A stretch of DNA of 64,000 bases from Terriglobia bacterium (GTDB lineage: Bacteria; Acidobacteriota; Terriglobia; 20CM-2-55-15): assembly GCA_965218585.1 (NCBI GenBank), contig CBDCLE010000002.1, positions 352,001 through 416,000 on the forward strand, given 5' to 3'. The notes beneath the pieces were generated by a model. It made no database searches and was not told where the DNA came from. It saw only the letters and a list, made by a program, of their open reading frames with translations. A program made the translations under genes and the position numbers. This document shows, piece by piece, positions 41,487-51,812 of this stretch (position 1 is the stretch's first letter; every line of letters starts with the position of its first letter).

Positions 41487-41738
41487 CTACTCAGCCTTTG
41501 GTTCAGGCTTGAGGTCTTCGGCGATCTTCTCGAGCATGTCCTTGTCCGGGATCTGGGACTCGACCGCCGAGACGTTCTGGTTCTTGATCGCTTCGTAGAT
41601 TTCGTATCTGTAGATGGAGATGTGGGCAGGAGCCTTGATACCGAGACGGACGTTGTCGCGACCGATTCTCAGAACTTGAATCTCGATCTCGTTTCCGATG
41701 ATCAGCCGTTCATCTTTCTTTCGGGTGACAACGAGCAT
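41487..41738 (-). CDS. csrA: carbon storage regulator CsrA
   Basis: MLVVTRK...VRLGIKAP...IYRYEIY. Confidence 0.95.
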   Translation of the reverse strand: MLVVTRKKDERLIIGNEIEIQVLRIGRDNVRLGIKAPAHISIYRYEIYEAIKNQNVSAVESQIPDKDMLEKIAEDLKPEPKAE

Positions 41739-41812
41739 CCCTGGTCGGTCGAGCCGCTTCGAGCGGGGGTCGGTAACCGCCTCCTTGCGCGACGCCTCCG
41801 GCGCCATCGTAA

Positions 41813-41841
41813 TTGCTACACTGGCGGCATGATATCGTCAA
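41813..41841 (-). promoter_or_regulatory. possible sigma70 promoter for csrA
   Basis: TTGACG-N17-TAGCAA; the -10 box is weak. Confidence 0.35.
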
Positions 41842-41933
41842 AGCCCCCTCGTAGCAAGTCGTTCTTAGCCAGACGCTTGTCGTCGCGCACCTCTAGAGGG
41901 CGCGCCCGTAGCTTGCCCAAGAAGGACAGGCTA

Positions 41934-42362
41934 CTAGACGAGCGGCTGACGAACCGAGAAGTCGGAGTCGGTCAGGATAATCTGCTTGCCGATCATTTCC
42001 TTGTGGTTGACCAGCAGCGGCGCCTGGAAGTTGCCCGTGCTCTTCTCCGCCGTCGGACCCAGAATCACGGTAACGAAAGCCAACCGGTCATTGCGATCGA
42101 TTACACCGATGGACTCCCATTCCCGCTTCGGGATCAGATGGCAGTATTCGGGAACGCGGTTGGTCGGATCCAGCACCAGGAACCCTACGTCGGAGGAATC
42201 GACGGCACGAAGCAGCCGGAAAGGCGCAAGGTAGTCGTTCTCCAACAGGTTGAAGTTCTTAAAGTCTGAGAAACCGATCAATCCTTCCTCAAAATGGATG
42301 ATGGTCTCCTGACCCTGAATGTCTGACTGACTGATGTTTTCGGGTGTTTCAATGACTCTCAT
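41934..42362 (-). CDS. fliW: flagellar assembly factor FliW
   Basis: FEEGLIGF, TGNFQAPLLVN and GKQIIL motifs. Confidence 0.93.
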   Translation of the reverse strand: MRVIETPENISQSDIQGQETIIHFEEGLIGFSDFKNFNLLENDYLAPFRLLRAVDSSDVGFLVLDPTNRVPEYCHLIPKREWESIGVIDRNDRLAFVTVILGPTAEKSTGNFQAPLLVNHKEMIGKQIILTDSDFSVRQPLV

Positions 42363-42368
42363 GGTTTC

Positions 42369-43247
42369 CTACCTCAAATAATCAAGCAGCGTCAGCTGCG
42401 AAATCCTGGCTCCAACCGCCAGGGTGGACTGCAAAGCGTTTTGATAAGATTGAAACTCGGTCAGCGTCTGCGTGAGATCGGCCGATTCCAGGTCGACCAG
42501 ACTGGCCTCTCTTGCCAGAGCCAGCGCGCTCATTTCCTGTGAAAGAGAATCCGCCACATTAATCAGGCTGCCAACGCGGCTTCGGCTGACCGAAAGACCC
42601 TCCCATGCGGCCTCGATGGGTTTCAAGGCAGCATCGATATTGCTCTTCGCGCCGGATTTCATCGCGGTAATCAGGTCGGTCATCGCCTTGAAGGCATCGT
42701 TACCTGTACCAAACAACTCGTTCCCCGGAATCTGCGTCTGAAGTGATGTAACGCGCCCTACCTGCACCTTGACAACGTCGGAATTACCCTGATACGTAAC
42801 CACTCCTGCGCCGTCCTTCAGGAAAGGCAGCGTGTCGCCGTCGCTGCCCCAAAAAATAAATCGTCCCTGGAACGAGGTGCTCGCCGTCCCCAGGATCTGC
42901 TCCCGCAAGCCTTCGACTTCGGCAACAAAGGCGTCACTATTCGTCTCGGCTCCAATGGCCGAGAGCGCCAGTGATCGGACACGCTCGACCATGCTCTGAA
43001 GGCTTTCCAGCGCTGTATCGGTGAAGTCCAGACGCGACTTGCCGAACTCGAGATTTCTCTCGTACTGCTCGGCTTCGCTCTTGTCTGCACTGAGGCGAAG
43101 AATGTCGGAGAGACCGCGCGGGTCATCTGACGGACGCAGGATGGCGCGTCCCGTCGACACCTTGTTCTGCGCATCGAGCATCTTGGATTGTGCGCCCTGG
43201 ATATCACGCAGGAAATCGCGAAGCGCCATGCTTTGAGTAACTCTCAT
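42369..43247 (-). CDS. flgL: hook-associated protein FlgL
   Basis: STGRAILRPSDDP; C-terminal TLLDYLR. Confidence 0.94.
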   Translation of the reverse strand: MRVTQSMALRDFLRDIQGAQSKMLDAQNKVSTGRAILRPSDDPRGLSDILRLSADKSEAEQYERNLEFGKSRLDFTDTALESLQSMVERVRSLALSAIGAETNSDAFVAEVEGLREQILGTASTSFQGRFIFWGSDGDTLPFLKDGAGVVTYQGNSDVVKVQVGRVTSLQTQIPGNELFGTGNDAFKAMTDLITAMKSGAKSNIDAALKPIEAAWEGLSVSRSRVGSLINVADSLSQEMSALALAREASLVDLESADLTQTLTEFQSYQNALQSTLAVGARISQLTLLDYLR

Positions 43248-44617
43248 CGTCCTATCATCAAAACCGTTTGGAGCAATTCATCAACGATGGCAATCAGGCT
43301 GGCCGACGCCTGAAAGGATCGCTGGAACTGAAGGATCTTCATCGTCTCTTCGTCAATCGAAACCCCGGATGTGGCATCGCGTTGATTCTCGAGCTGGTGG
43401 AGCAGGGCCGAAGCCTGTTCCGATCGTCCCGAAGCGTTGGTCGTGTCCGTTCCCACCGTGAACACCAGACTGCGGTATTGATCCACTACCGAACCGCCCG
43501 TGAACACTTGCTTGTGAAGCAGGTTCCCTATGTCGGTTGCGGCATCATTGTCGGTGCCGGCCACCAGTTTGGCCGTAGCGATCTTGGTCAGGTCCGTTGA
43601 AATCGCAGAGTTCAACTTCATTTTCCGGGCGGCGTCGCTGGCCGAGGTCAGAGGATCGAAAAAGTTGACACCTGTGTTGCCGCTCCGGTCGTAGGAAACC
43701 GAATGGATCGCGTTGACCTGCTGTGTGATTTCGTACGCAAATTGATCCAGTTTCGTCAGATAGTCGGGAACAAATTTGTCCCGAGCCTGCTGCTGGGCAT
43801 AGATCCGGCCCGACGTCAGGGTGCTTCCGATGTCCATGGACCCCAGCTTCACCGCGACGAAGCCACTGGCTCCGGACGAGTCTGCGATTAGGGGAGAGGT
43901 ACGACCATCGAAAACAAGCAGGGTGCCACCGACTGCGAGTTGATAGTCCTGGCCGCTGGTCATCTCCCTTACGCTGATGTACTTGGCGATCTCTTTGACC
44001 AACTGGCCGCGCCGGGTTCGCAGGTCGTGAGCCGTGTGCCCCCCCGCCTCCTGAATCCGAATCTCGCCCGACAAGCTCGCGACCTGTTCCGCCAGGACAT
44101 TGATCGTGTTGATGTTATCGATAATTGTCTGGTCTGCAAGGCTCTGAACCCGCCTCAGTTCTTCTCCCCGAACCGTGAAACTCCGGCTAAGGTCGGCGGC
44201 GGCGCCCCGAACCTGTTCCCTGAAGTTGGTCGAGGAAGGATCCAATGCGAGGGACTGGAACGAGTTGAAGAAATCGGTGATCGCCGGCAACATGCCCGTG
44301 TCGGCCACGTCGTTGAATAGTATTTCAATCTCTCGAAGTGTCGTATGCAACGCATCATCGCCTGAAAAGTTGGAAAATTCCTGCTGTAGCCGCGTTTCCA
44401 GCAACCGGTCTCGCATGGATTCGACCCTGACCGTTTCAACGCCGCTGCCGGAGAGAAACTTATCGCCCTGGTTCAACGAGGGCTGAACAACGAGACGCTG
44501 CTTGGCATAGCCGGGAGTCGTCTCGTTCGCGATGTTGTTCGACGCAACGTTCAGCGACTGCTGCGCCGCTTCCATCGAACTCAAGGCCGAATGAAGTACT
44601 GAGGTGATTCCGGACAT
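43244..44617 (-). CDS. flgK: hook-associated protein FlgK
   Basis: SNNIANETTPGY and SGVSIDEE motifs. Confidence 0.95.
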   Translation of the reverse strand: MSGITSVLHSALSSMEAAQQSLNVASNNIANETTPGYAKQRLVVQPSLNQGDKFLSGSGVETVRVESMRDRLLETRLQQEFSNFSGDDALHTTLREIEILFNDVADTGMLPAITDFFNSFQSLALDPSSTNFREQVRGAAADLSRSFTVRGEELRRVQSLADQTIIDNINTINVLAEQVASLSGEIRIQEAGGHTAHDLRTRRGQLVKEIAKYISVREMTSGQDYQLAVGGTLLVFDGRTSPLIADSSGASGFVAVKLGSMDIGSTLTSGRIYAQQQARDKFVPDYLTKLDQFAYEITQQVNAIHSVSYDRSGNTGVNFFDPLTSASDAARKMKLNSAISTDLTKIATAKLVAGTDNDAATDIGNLLHKQVFTGGSVVDQYRSLVFTVGTDTTNASGRSEQASALLHQLENQRDATSGVSIDEETMKILQFQRSFQASASLIAIVDELLQTVLMIGR

Positions 44618-44621
44618 TTCT

Positions 44622-44957
44622 CTATCCCTGCACCGTCAGGCGCTGCTTCGGGCCGTCTTCACTAACGCCCTCTGCGGTATAGCCTTGCTCGATCAGTGCA
44701 AAGTAAGGTGAAATCGAGATGAGATTGAGAAGAAGAGCGAAATTGAGTTGCGTTTTCTGTGCAAGGGCAACAACACTCTCACGCGACAACGAGGATTTTT
44801 CCAGGGTTCCCAGAGAAACCAGATGCGTCTGTTCGGCGGCGGCTGTCTCGTAAGAGTCTGCGTCGAACTCGAGCAGAGCTACGTTTTTTACCGCTTCCAG
44901 CTCGAGCAATCGTTCAAGCAGCTCGTTCCCTGAAAGGGGAGCGGAAGGTTCATTCAT
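44622..44957 (-). CDS. hypothetical protein in the FlgN position
   Basis: Lies between flgM and flgK; helical, with a C-terminal GYTAEG. Confidence 0.55.
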   Translation of the reverse strand: MNEPSAPLSGNELLERLLELEAVKNVALLEFDADSYETAAAEQTHLVSLGTLEKSSLSRESVVALAQKTQLNFALLLNLISISPYFALIEQGYTAEGVSEDGPKQRLTVQG

Positions 44958-45100
44958 CTCAGTTCTCTCTTCGGTCCAGGCATCGGAGCGGTGGGTGATC
45001 CACTCTATTCCAATGCCATATCTCGTACCGCCCTCGGGCGGACTCACTCGTTAAGGTCGTTCCTAAAGCTGTTCACTGTCGGGAAGGGGCGATCTCCCAA

Positions 45101-45406
45101 CTATTTCTTATGCGCCCCGATAATCTTGTTCGCTATGTCTTCTCCCGATACTCTGTAAGTCCCGTTCTGAATGGCCTCTCGAACCTGGTTTATCCGAGCG
45201 GCGCGATCTCCGGTCTGGCCAGCCAACTGGGAAAGGCGCCCGATCTCCCTGGCTTTCGATGACAGGGCTACCGAGTCGTCCCGGGTCGGCGTTGAAGTTC
45301 CGTCTGGTCTGACGGCTCCGTCCTTGCCACGCGCTTCCTGCGCCTTGTCCAAGGAGGGATGATTGTCTATCCCGTGATTGGTGACACTAATTCGGTCAAT
45401 ACTCAT
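45101..45406 (-). CDS. flgM: anti-sigma28 factor FlgM
   Basis: DSVALSSKA and RINQVREAIQNGTYRV..IANKI motifs. Confidence 0.93.
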   Translation of the reverse strand: MSIDRISVTNHGIDNHPSLDKAQEARGKDGAVRPDGTSTPTRDDSVALSSKAREIGRLSQLAGQTGDRAARINQVREAIQNGTYRVSGEDIANKIIGAHKK

Positions 45407-45548
45407 AACAAGCTCCTGGCCAATTACTTATGGCCGTGTCTTAGCTGACCAAACCGCTTCGTACGCGATTGGTCGACCCTCCATGGAAGCTCTATTGGGT
45501 CGAAACGTCCTTGTTCCGAACCTCGGGCATAATCTGCCTCTACGTATC

Positions 45549-45576
45549 TGATCGGCAAAAGGGCCAAACATCTTTA
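45549..45576 (-). promoter_or_regulatory. sigma28 promoter of flgM
   Basis: TAAA-N16-GCCGATCA on the minus strand. Confidence 0.8.
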
Positions 45577-45597
45577 GCAATTCCGGTGAGGAAGTCG

Positions 45598-46254
45598 TCA
45601 TTCCGTCACCTCAAAATGAACGTGCGGCCCCGTAGATCGGCCGGTCGACCCGACCTGGGCGATGACCTCACCCTGCCGGACACGGTCACCGACCTTTACA
45701 TGATTCACCAAGTTGTGTGCATAGAGCATCTTACGTCCGTCATCGACCTCGACCACAACCGCGTTCCCATAACCGCCTTTCTTGCCGCTTTCGACGACCC
45801 GTCCGCTGCTCACGGCCTGAATCGGAGTTCCGTTGGGAGCGGCGATGTCAGTTCCCCGGTGGTATCGCACTTCACCCGTAATCGGATCCCGTCGCCATCC
45901 CTCCGGTGAACTCACCCGGCCGTTAACGGGAAGCGATCTCGCACTGGTGCTCTCGGCGACAGGCACAGCTGTCGCAGCGGTAGCCGACCGTTCCCGGATC
46001 GCCTTCTCCAGTTCCTGGACCAGCGGACCGTCCAGATCGTTGGACATGGCAATGGCCAGTTCCTGTCTCAGCATGCCTCTGTAAATGTCTGAAGTGGAAG
46101 AATCTCCGTAGAGACCGCCTTCGGCCTCGACGCTGTCTTCCATGGTCTTGAGCAGCACCTCCATGAACATCGCCTGGACCTGACTGGCAATCTCCTTAGG
46201 GCCCATCTCCCCGGCTTGAACCTGGTTGGTTATGCTGCTGATATCAAGGTCCAT
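45598..46254 (-). CDS. FlgJ-like rod-binding domain fused to an M23 peptidase
   Basis: N-terminal QAMFMEVLLKTM/IYRGML rod-binding-like segment; HRGTD, YAHN and STGPHVHFEV; follows flgI. Confidence 0.8.
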   Translation of the reverse strand: MDLDISSITNQVQAGEMGPKEIASQVQAMFMEVLLKTMEDSVEAEGGLYGDSSTSDIYRGMLRQELAIAMSNDLDGPLVQELEKAIRERSATAATAVPVAESTSARSLPVNGRVSSPEGWRRDPITGEVRYHRGTDIAAPNGTPIQAVSSGRVVESGKKGGYGNAVVVEVDDGRKMLYAHNLVNHVKVGDRVRQGEVIAQVGSTGRSTGPHVHFEVTE

Positions 46255-46272
46255 AGCTTCCTACGCTTTCAG

Positions 46273-49200
46273 CTAAATGATCTCCAGAGCGGCCTGAAGT
46301 GCGCCCGCCGCCTTGAGAGCTTCAAGGATGGCGATGGTGTCACGCGGCGTAACTCCCAGTGCGTTCAGGGCTCCAATCAAATCGTCTACGGTGGCACCGT
46401 CGGAAAGCGTTACGAATCCGCTCTGTTCTTCCTCAACGGTAATCTGCTGCTGCGGCGTAATTACCGTCTGGCCCTGTGAAAACCCTTGTGGTTGAGACAC
46501 ATCGAACTGCGTCTCAATCTGAATACTCAGGTTCCCGTGAGCAATGGACACTGGCGAAATACGAACCTCACTGCCGATTACAACCGTTCCTGTTCTCTCG
46601 TTGACCACGACTCGCGCTTCAGTGTCAATCTCGACCGTAACAGCTTCAATCGCTGTAGAGTCGAAAGTGGTCGGGCAGAGCCGCCCTTCCACCGTCCGCT
46701 CAATCAAACGGCTCGTGCAGTTTTCCCGCAAGCCGCTTTCCTCAGTTGCTCCTCGCTCGAAGTCACCGGTCCACAAGACCGGGGATCAGATGCGTCAGTC
46801 GGACCAAACCAAACTCCCGAATCAGTCGTCGTGCCGGATAGCGGCGCCACATCGTATTGCGCCACCGTTTCGCGAGAAACGAGTGGATACGGCGCTCGAT
46901 CCAACGGTCCAACTGGTTAAAGAGTCGGCGCACCCGCGCTTTGCGGTAGTAGTTCCCCCAACCACGAATCACTGGGTTGAGCTGGTCGATGACTTCGCCC
47001 AGCGTGAGGGGAGCCTTTCGGCGCGAGAGGTGTCGGATTTGCGTCCGGAACCTCTCCACCGACTTTTCCCGTGGAATGGCGTACAGGTTATAGGGATGCA
47101 TTCCGCGACCCTGCCTCTGTGTATCGGACAGGCGCAGGCCTTTCCCTTGCTTCACCTTGTACCCCAAGAACTCGAAGCCCTGTCGGACGTGTACAATCCG
47201 CGTCTTCTTCGGATGGAGCCGAACTCCAAGTGCCTCCCAGAGAAACCGCTCTGCACATGCGAGTGCCTGCCGGGCTTCCGACGGTGTCCTGCAGACCACC
47301 ACGAAGTCGTCCGCCCAGCGTGTGAGTCTGTAACCTTGTCGGGTCATCTCACGGTCAAACGGCGTCAGAAAGATGTTTGACCACAACGGACTGGCCACTC
47401 CCCCTTGGGGAACTCCCGTCCGCGTGGGTTGCCAGCAACCTCCGTCCAACACCCCCGAACCCAGGATGACCCGGATCAGTCCCAGTACTCGGCCGTCGCT
47501 GATCTCTTCGGCAATTAAGTCGAGGAGCTTCTCCTGGTCAATCGTGTCGAAGAACTGCCGCAAGTCGGCATCAACTACCCATAGGTCTCCCTCGCCCAGA
47601 GCTCTACCCATACTTTCCGCATCGCATCGTGAGGCGAACGCCCCTTGCGATACCCGAATGAGCAGTCCAGAAACAGCGGCTCGAAGATCGGTTCCATCCG
47701 CTGGACCAGTGCCTGCTGACATACCCGATCCATCACGGCCGGTATCCCCAGCTTTCGCACTCCTCCGTCGGACTTCCCGATCTCGACTCGCTTAACCGGC
47801 TTGGGGCGATAACTGCCATCTCGCAGTCTTTGATGCAACAAGGCCAGATATTCCTCCTTGCGCGTTTCAAACTGCTCAACGGTCACCTTGTCGATGCCCG
47901 CACTACCTCGGTTCCGCTTCACCTTCTCCCAGGCCAACTCCAGATTCTTGCGACTAAACACCTTGTCGATCAGCGAGTGGACCTTTCGCTTCTTTCCCTG
48001 TTTGCTTTCCAATGTCGCTGTGTGGTGACGGGCGGCGGCTTCGTCCGAATCGCGTTTGGGTCTTTCACTAAGGGAACTGTCCAAGGTCACGATACCTCCG
48101 CCTTTCCCTCGCTCGCACAATCACAACTGAGTACAGGGACTTCCCCCTCCAACGGGCCTTTTGAACCCGCCAGCGCCGCTGCTTGAAGCAACGATCCGAG
48201 ACCTTATGTTCGGTGTCTCGTTCCTGAGTACTATTCCCTGATCCGATTCCTGGCACCGCGTCGGCCGGAACTTCGCTCTCGCTTATATCCGCACCTACCT
48301 TGCGGGGCTCTAGGTCGATGTTTGTCTTCTCCGTTGCCCGCCCTTTCGTCTGCGGGTGCCACACCATCTCGACCTTACCTTCCGCCCGGACAATACCAGG
48401 CCTCCCTGGGTCACTCGTGTCTCTTCTCCACCGTGTCGCCCGCACACACCTTGGTGCGATGGGGGGGAACCAATGTGCCTTCGCCCCCATAGTGCGGGCT
48501 CGACCATTCCCCATCTTTGGCCGACCGGTTCATCCTCGGGATCGCTCCCGTCGATTACGACCCGGTGGTTCTCCTCATGCCCTTCAGACCCCACCTCGCG
48601 GTGGGCGCCCTGCCCTCCAAAGTTTCCGTAGGTGAATCCAGCTCTGTCTTGGCCGTATCCGGCTTTCGCCTTCGTGCCCGTTTAGGCATTTGCATACCCG
48701 CCTACACTTCGGCCAGTGAGGCATTACCCCCACTTATTGGATATCGACCCGTGGCCTCGGGCCGAGCAGGACTTTAACCCGCCGGAAACGCGTGCTGCCA
48801 GGCACGCGCTATGAATTCGATCGGCCGGCGCTGAAAATCAGCCGGAACTGCCAAGCGGACCGAACGCGAATCTAATGGTTGTGCAATTGGTCCGCCAAAG
48901 GCGGTGTTGACCGCTTCGGTAACCCGAGTGGCATTGGTAAAGTCCGCCCTGTCAAGGATCAACTCCAGTGTTTGCACCACTTCGGGCATCCCCGTAACGA
49001 CTGTCTGTTCGACCGTCGCACCGTTCGGAATCCGCCCGACTGTCGGATGATTGACACTGACGCTGTTGTTGTCGTTGCCGGCAGAGAAACCACCCAGAAC
49101 GAGCGGGCCCTGCGACATCGCATAGACGTTGCCGTCCGGACCGAGTAGCGGAGTCTGAAGCAAAATGCCACCCTGAAGGCTTTCGGCATCGCCAATAGAA

Positions 49201-49547
49201 GAAACGGTGACGTCGATCTGCGAACCCGTCCTGGAAAAAGCTGGCAAGTCGGACGTGACCATGACCGCGGCGATGTTCTGAACCCGAATCGCCGAGTTAT
49301 TCATCGTCAATCCAAACCGTTCGAGCATGTTGATCAGGGTCTGGTTCGTGAAGAAAGTCTGCTGCCGATCACCCGTCCCGTTCAGGCCGATAACCAGGCC
49401 ATAGCCGATCAGAGAGTTGCCTCTGACACCGGCGATATGGCTGATGTCCTTCAGCCGCGAGGTCGCCGCTGGGGCTGGGCCGGCAAAACTCAGCAAGAGA
49501 ACAGCCGCGATAATCCGTGCCCACATCTGTTGACGCTTTACTTTCAT
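46273..49547 (-). CDS. flgI: P-ring protein FlgI, split by a group II intron (exons 48808-49547 and 46273-46654)
   Basis: Joining the exons gives 1122 nt in frame (373 aa), reading ...PIEFIAAIEAVTVEIDTEARVVVNERTG... Confidence 0.9.
46655..48807 (-). mobile_element. group II intron, in sense orientation within flgI
   Basis: 5' end GCGTG (variant of GTGCG); domain V at 46706-46740 with AGC triad; 3' end ...CTCTAC; RT ORF inside. Confidence 0.9.
46763..48090 (-). pseudogene. group II intron reverse transcriptase/maturase, frameshifted, no En domain
   Basis: RKLGIP and SFGYR lie in one frame; DADL, GVPQGG, RWADDF, FLGY and IRGWGNYY in another; shift near 47605. Confidence 0.88.
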
Positions 49548-49563
49548 AATTAGAGACCCCTAG

Positions 49564-51113
49564 GAGCCTGCGCCGTAGGACGATTTTCGACTCGGCGAAT
49601 TTCGCGATATGGCGATTGATCGGTATCGGTGACCGGGGAATGGGCGTTTTGGACGACGAGGCGCCGATGGGTGCGCCACGGGTGCTTGAATCGACCCTCG
49701 TTCGGCCTGATTTGCGGGCGGTATCCCTGTCATCAGGCTGCCTGAAGCCCCTGCATCCGCTTGACGTTCAATGCCAGACACACCAAGTTCCACTCGCCCT
49801 GGACCTTGTTCAGGCCGCGCAGGCTGAATCGGCGGAAGCCGAGCACCTCCTTGATCCACCCGTTGGGCGCCTCCGACAGCCATTTGCGCTGGGCGTACTG
49901 CACCCGTCCCGCCTCCATCGACAGCTTCTCGGCCATGCGGGCCTTCGCCGGATGCCTGGCGGCGTCTACCGCGACCGCGCGCCGGCCCTCCCGGCCCAAG
50001 GCCACATAGCCGTCCACGCCGCGCGCCTCCAGCGCCTCCAGGTCGTCCTCGTTGCAGTAGCCCGCATCCGCCAGCACCGTCTCGGGCCGTTCCCCATGGG
50101 TGGCCTCCACCTCGTCCACCAACGGGACCAGCCGACCCTGGTCGCTGGCGTTCGACGACACCTCGGTGGCGACGATCAACTGCTTCTCTCCCTCCACCGC
50201 CACCTGCGCGTTGTAGCACTGCTGAAAACCCTCCGATGAGGTCTTCATGATCCGGCTTTCGGGATCGGTGAAGTTGTCCTGCGCCTTCTCGTCCGGCTCG
50301 CCGTATTCCCGCTTGTAGGGCCGCCCGCTCTTCCGGTTGCGCTTCGAACCGGGCTCGCGTCCCCGCGCCTCGTCGGCCTCCCGTTGCCTGGCCTCCAATC
50401 GCGCCCTGGCCGCCCGGATCGCCGCCAGCCGATCCTCCCGGCGGCGCAACTCCTCGGGTAACTCATCGCCGCGATGCGCCTCCCCGAAACGCGCGTCCTC
50501 CGCCGCATCGGTCTCCCGCGCGCGCGACAGCAACGCTTCGATCTCGCCCTCCAGGCGCCGCTCCTCCTCCTGCATCCGACCGTAACTCATCGCCTTGCGC
50601 TTGCTGGCATTGGCTCGAACCTTCGTCCCGTCGATCGACAACTTGCCGAAGTTCCCAACCCCGGTCTCGCGCGCCAGACCGACCACCTCCACAAACAGCG
50701 CCTTGAAATCCGACAAATGACGCCGGCGAAACTCGCAAATCGTCCGATGGCTCGGAAAATTCCCCGCCGCCAACACCCGAAATGCCACGTCCTCCTCCAG
50801 CTTCCGCGCCAGCCCTCGGGACGAAAACACCCCCGTCGCGTACCCGTAGATCAGCACCTTCGCCATCATCCGCGGCTCATACGGCGACTTGCGACGACCG
50901 TCCCCCTCGTAAGGCGCGTAAAACGCCGTCAAGTCCAATCCGTCCACCAGATCGCTCACATGGTGTGCCAAGTGCCCCTCCGGCAACCAATCCCGTATAT
51001 CCGGCGCCAGCAGCAACCCCTGCTCCGGCTGGTACGGGCGAAACGTCGTCGGCATCGCATTCTCCTCCTAACTGCGACACTATTATCTCATTCACTTCCT
51101 ACGGCGCAGGCTC
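49564..51113 (-). mobile_element. IS1182-family insertion sequence
   Basis: Perfect 17-bp IRs gagcctgcgccgtagga; CTAG duplicated at 49560-49563 and 51114-51117. Confidence 0.93.
49733..51055 (-). CDS. IS1182 transposase
   Basis: YGYATGVFSSR, IDGTK, TDPES, YNAQ and ADAGY motifs. Confidence 0.93.
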   Translation of the reverse strand: MPTTFRPYQPEQGLLLAPDIRDWLPEGHLAHHVSDLVDGLDLTAFYAPYEGDGRRKSPYEPRMMAKVLIYGYATGVFSSRGLARKLEEDVAFRVLAAGNFPSHRTICEFRRRHLSDFKALFVEVVGLARETGVGNFGKLSIDGTKVRANASKRKAMSYGRMQEEERRLEGEIEALLSRARETDAAEDARFGEAHRGDELPEELRRREDRLAAIRAARARLEARQREADEARGREPGSKRNRKSGRPYKREYGEPDEKAQDNFTDPESRIMKTSSEGFQQCYNAQVAVEGEKQLIVATEVSSNASDQGRLVPLVDEVEATHGERPETVLADAGYCNEDDLEALEARGVDGYVALGREGRRAVAVDAARHPAKARMAEKLSMEAGRVQYAQRKWLSEAPNGWIKEVLGFRRFSLRGLNKVQGEWNLVCLALNVKRMQGLQAA

Positions 51114-51812
51114 CTAGAACGGCGAAATCAGTTGGAACAGTTTGTAGAAGAAGCCGGGTTCGTTGGCGTCTGTCACAACACCCTGTCCGTCGAACTTGAC
51201 CTCCATATGGGCGATCGAACTGGACAGCACGATGTTATAAGGACTCACGTCGCGTGACCGGACCACCCCGCGGAGAGTCAGGTTGTGACTTTCCTGGTTG
51301 ATCGTCACCTGCTTGGTGCCTTCGAGCACCAGGTCGCCGTTCGGCAGCCGTTCCACAACCCGCGCCGAAAGGGACGCGGTCAGCGTTCCGCTGCGTGAGG
51401 TCGTCCCCTGACCGGAGAATGACAGATCGGAAAGACCCTGAAGAATACTGGCGAAATTCAGGGCCGACGCACCGCCCTCCAGTCCGAAGAACGAAGGTGC
51501 CGAAGCGTTGGTTTCCCCGTTTTGATCCGTCGACGTATTTGCCGAATTCGACGCCGATGCGCTCTCAAGAATCTGAATCGTCACGATGTCGTTGACGTTC
51601 CGAGCTTTCACATCGACAAAGAGAAACAGGTTCGAGGCCGAGTGCGAAAACAGCGACGGGCCGACGGCTGCCGGCTCCCTTCCACCTGCCCTTGCCTGTC
51701 TCAGATACTCTTCAAGAGGAGAAATTTTGAAATCCTCGTCATAGCCCTGACCGGCGACTTGCATCGGCAACGCCAGAACAAGGAGCAGCATTGCGATCAT
51801 GATTTGCTTCAT
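51114..51812 (-). CDS. flgH: L-ring protein FlgH
   Basis: DIVTIQILES, RVVERLPNGDL and GVVRSRDV motifs. Confidence 0.92.
   Translation of the reverse strand: MKQIMIAMLLLVLALPMQVAGQGYDEDFKISPLEEYLRQARAGGREPAAVGPSLFSHSASNLFLFVDVKARNVNDIVTIQILESASASNSANTSTDQNGETNASAPSFFGLEGGASALNFASILQGLSDLSFSGQGTTSRSGTLTASLSARVVERLPNGDLVLEGTKQVTINQESHNLTLRGVVRSRDVSPYNIVLSSSIAHMEVKFDGQGVVTDANEPGFFYKLFQLISPF

Noticed and set aside
41739-41807. N-terminally extended CsrA
   Set aside because: The CsrA fold starts at MLVVTRK; the extension is possible but unsupported.
46763-48120. RT as a retron, DGR or defence RT
   Set aside because: Domain V/VI, a maturase X domain and precise exon rejoining identify a group II intron; no template/variable repeat pair was seen.
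48068-48635. Several ORFs upstream of the intron RT
   Set aside because: They fall in the structured ribozyme domains and show no protein motifs.
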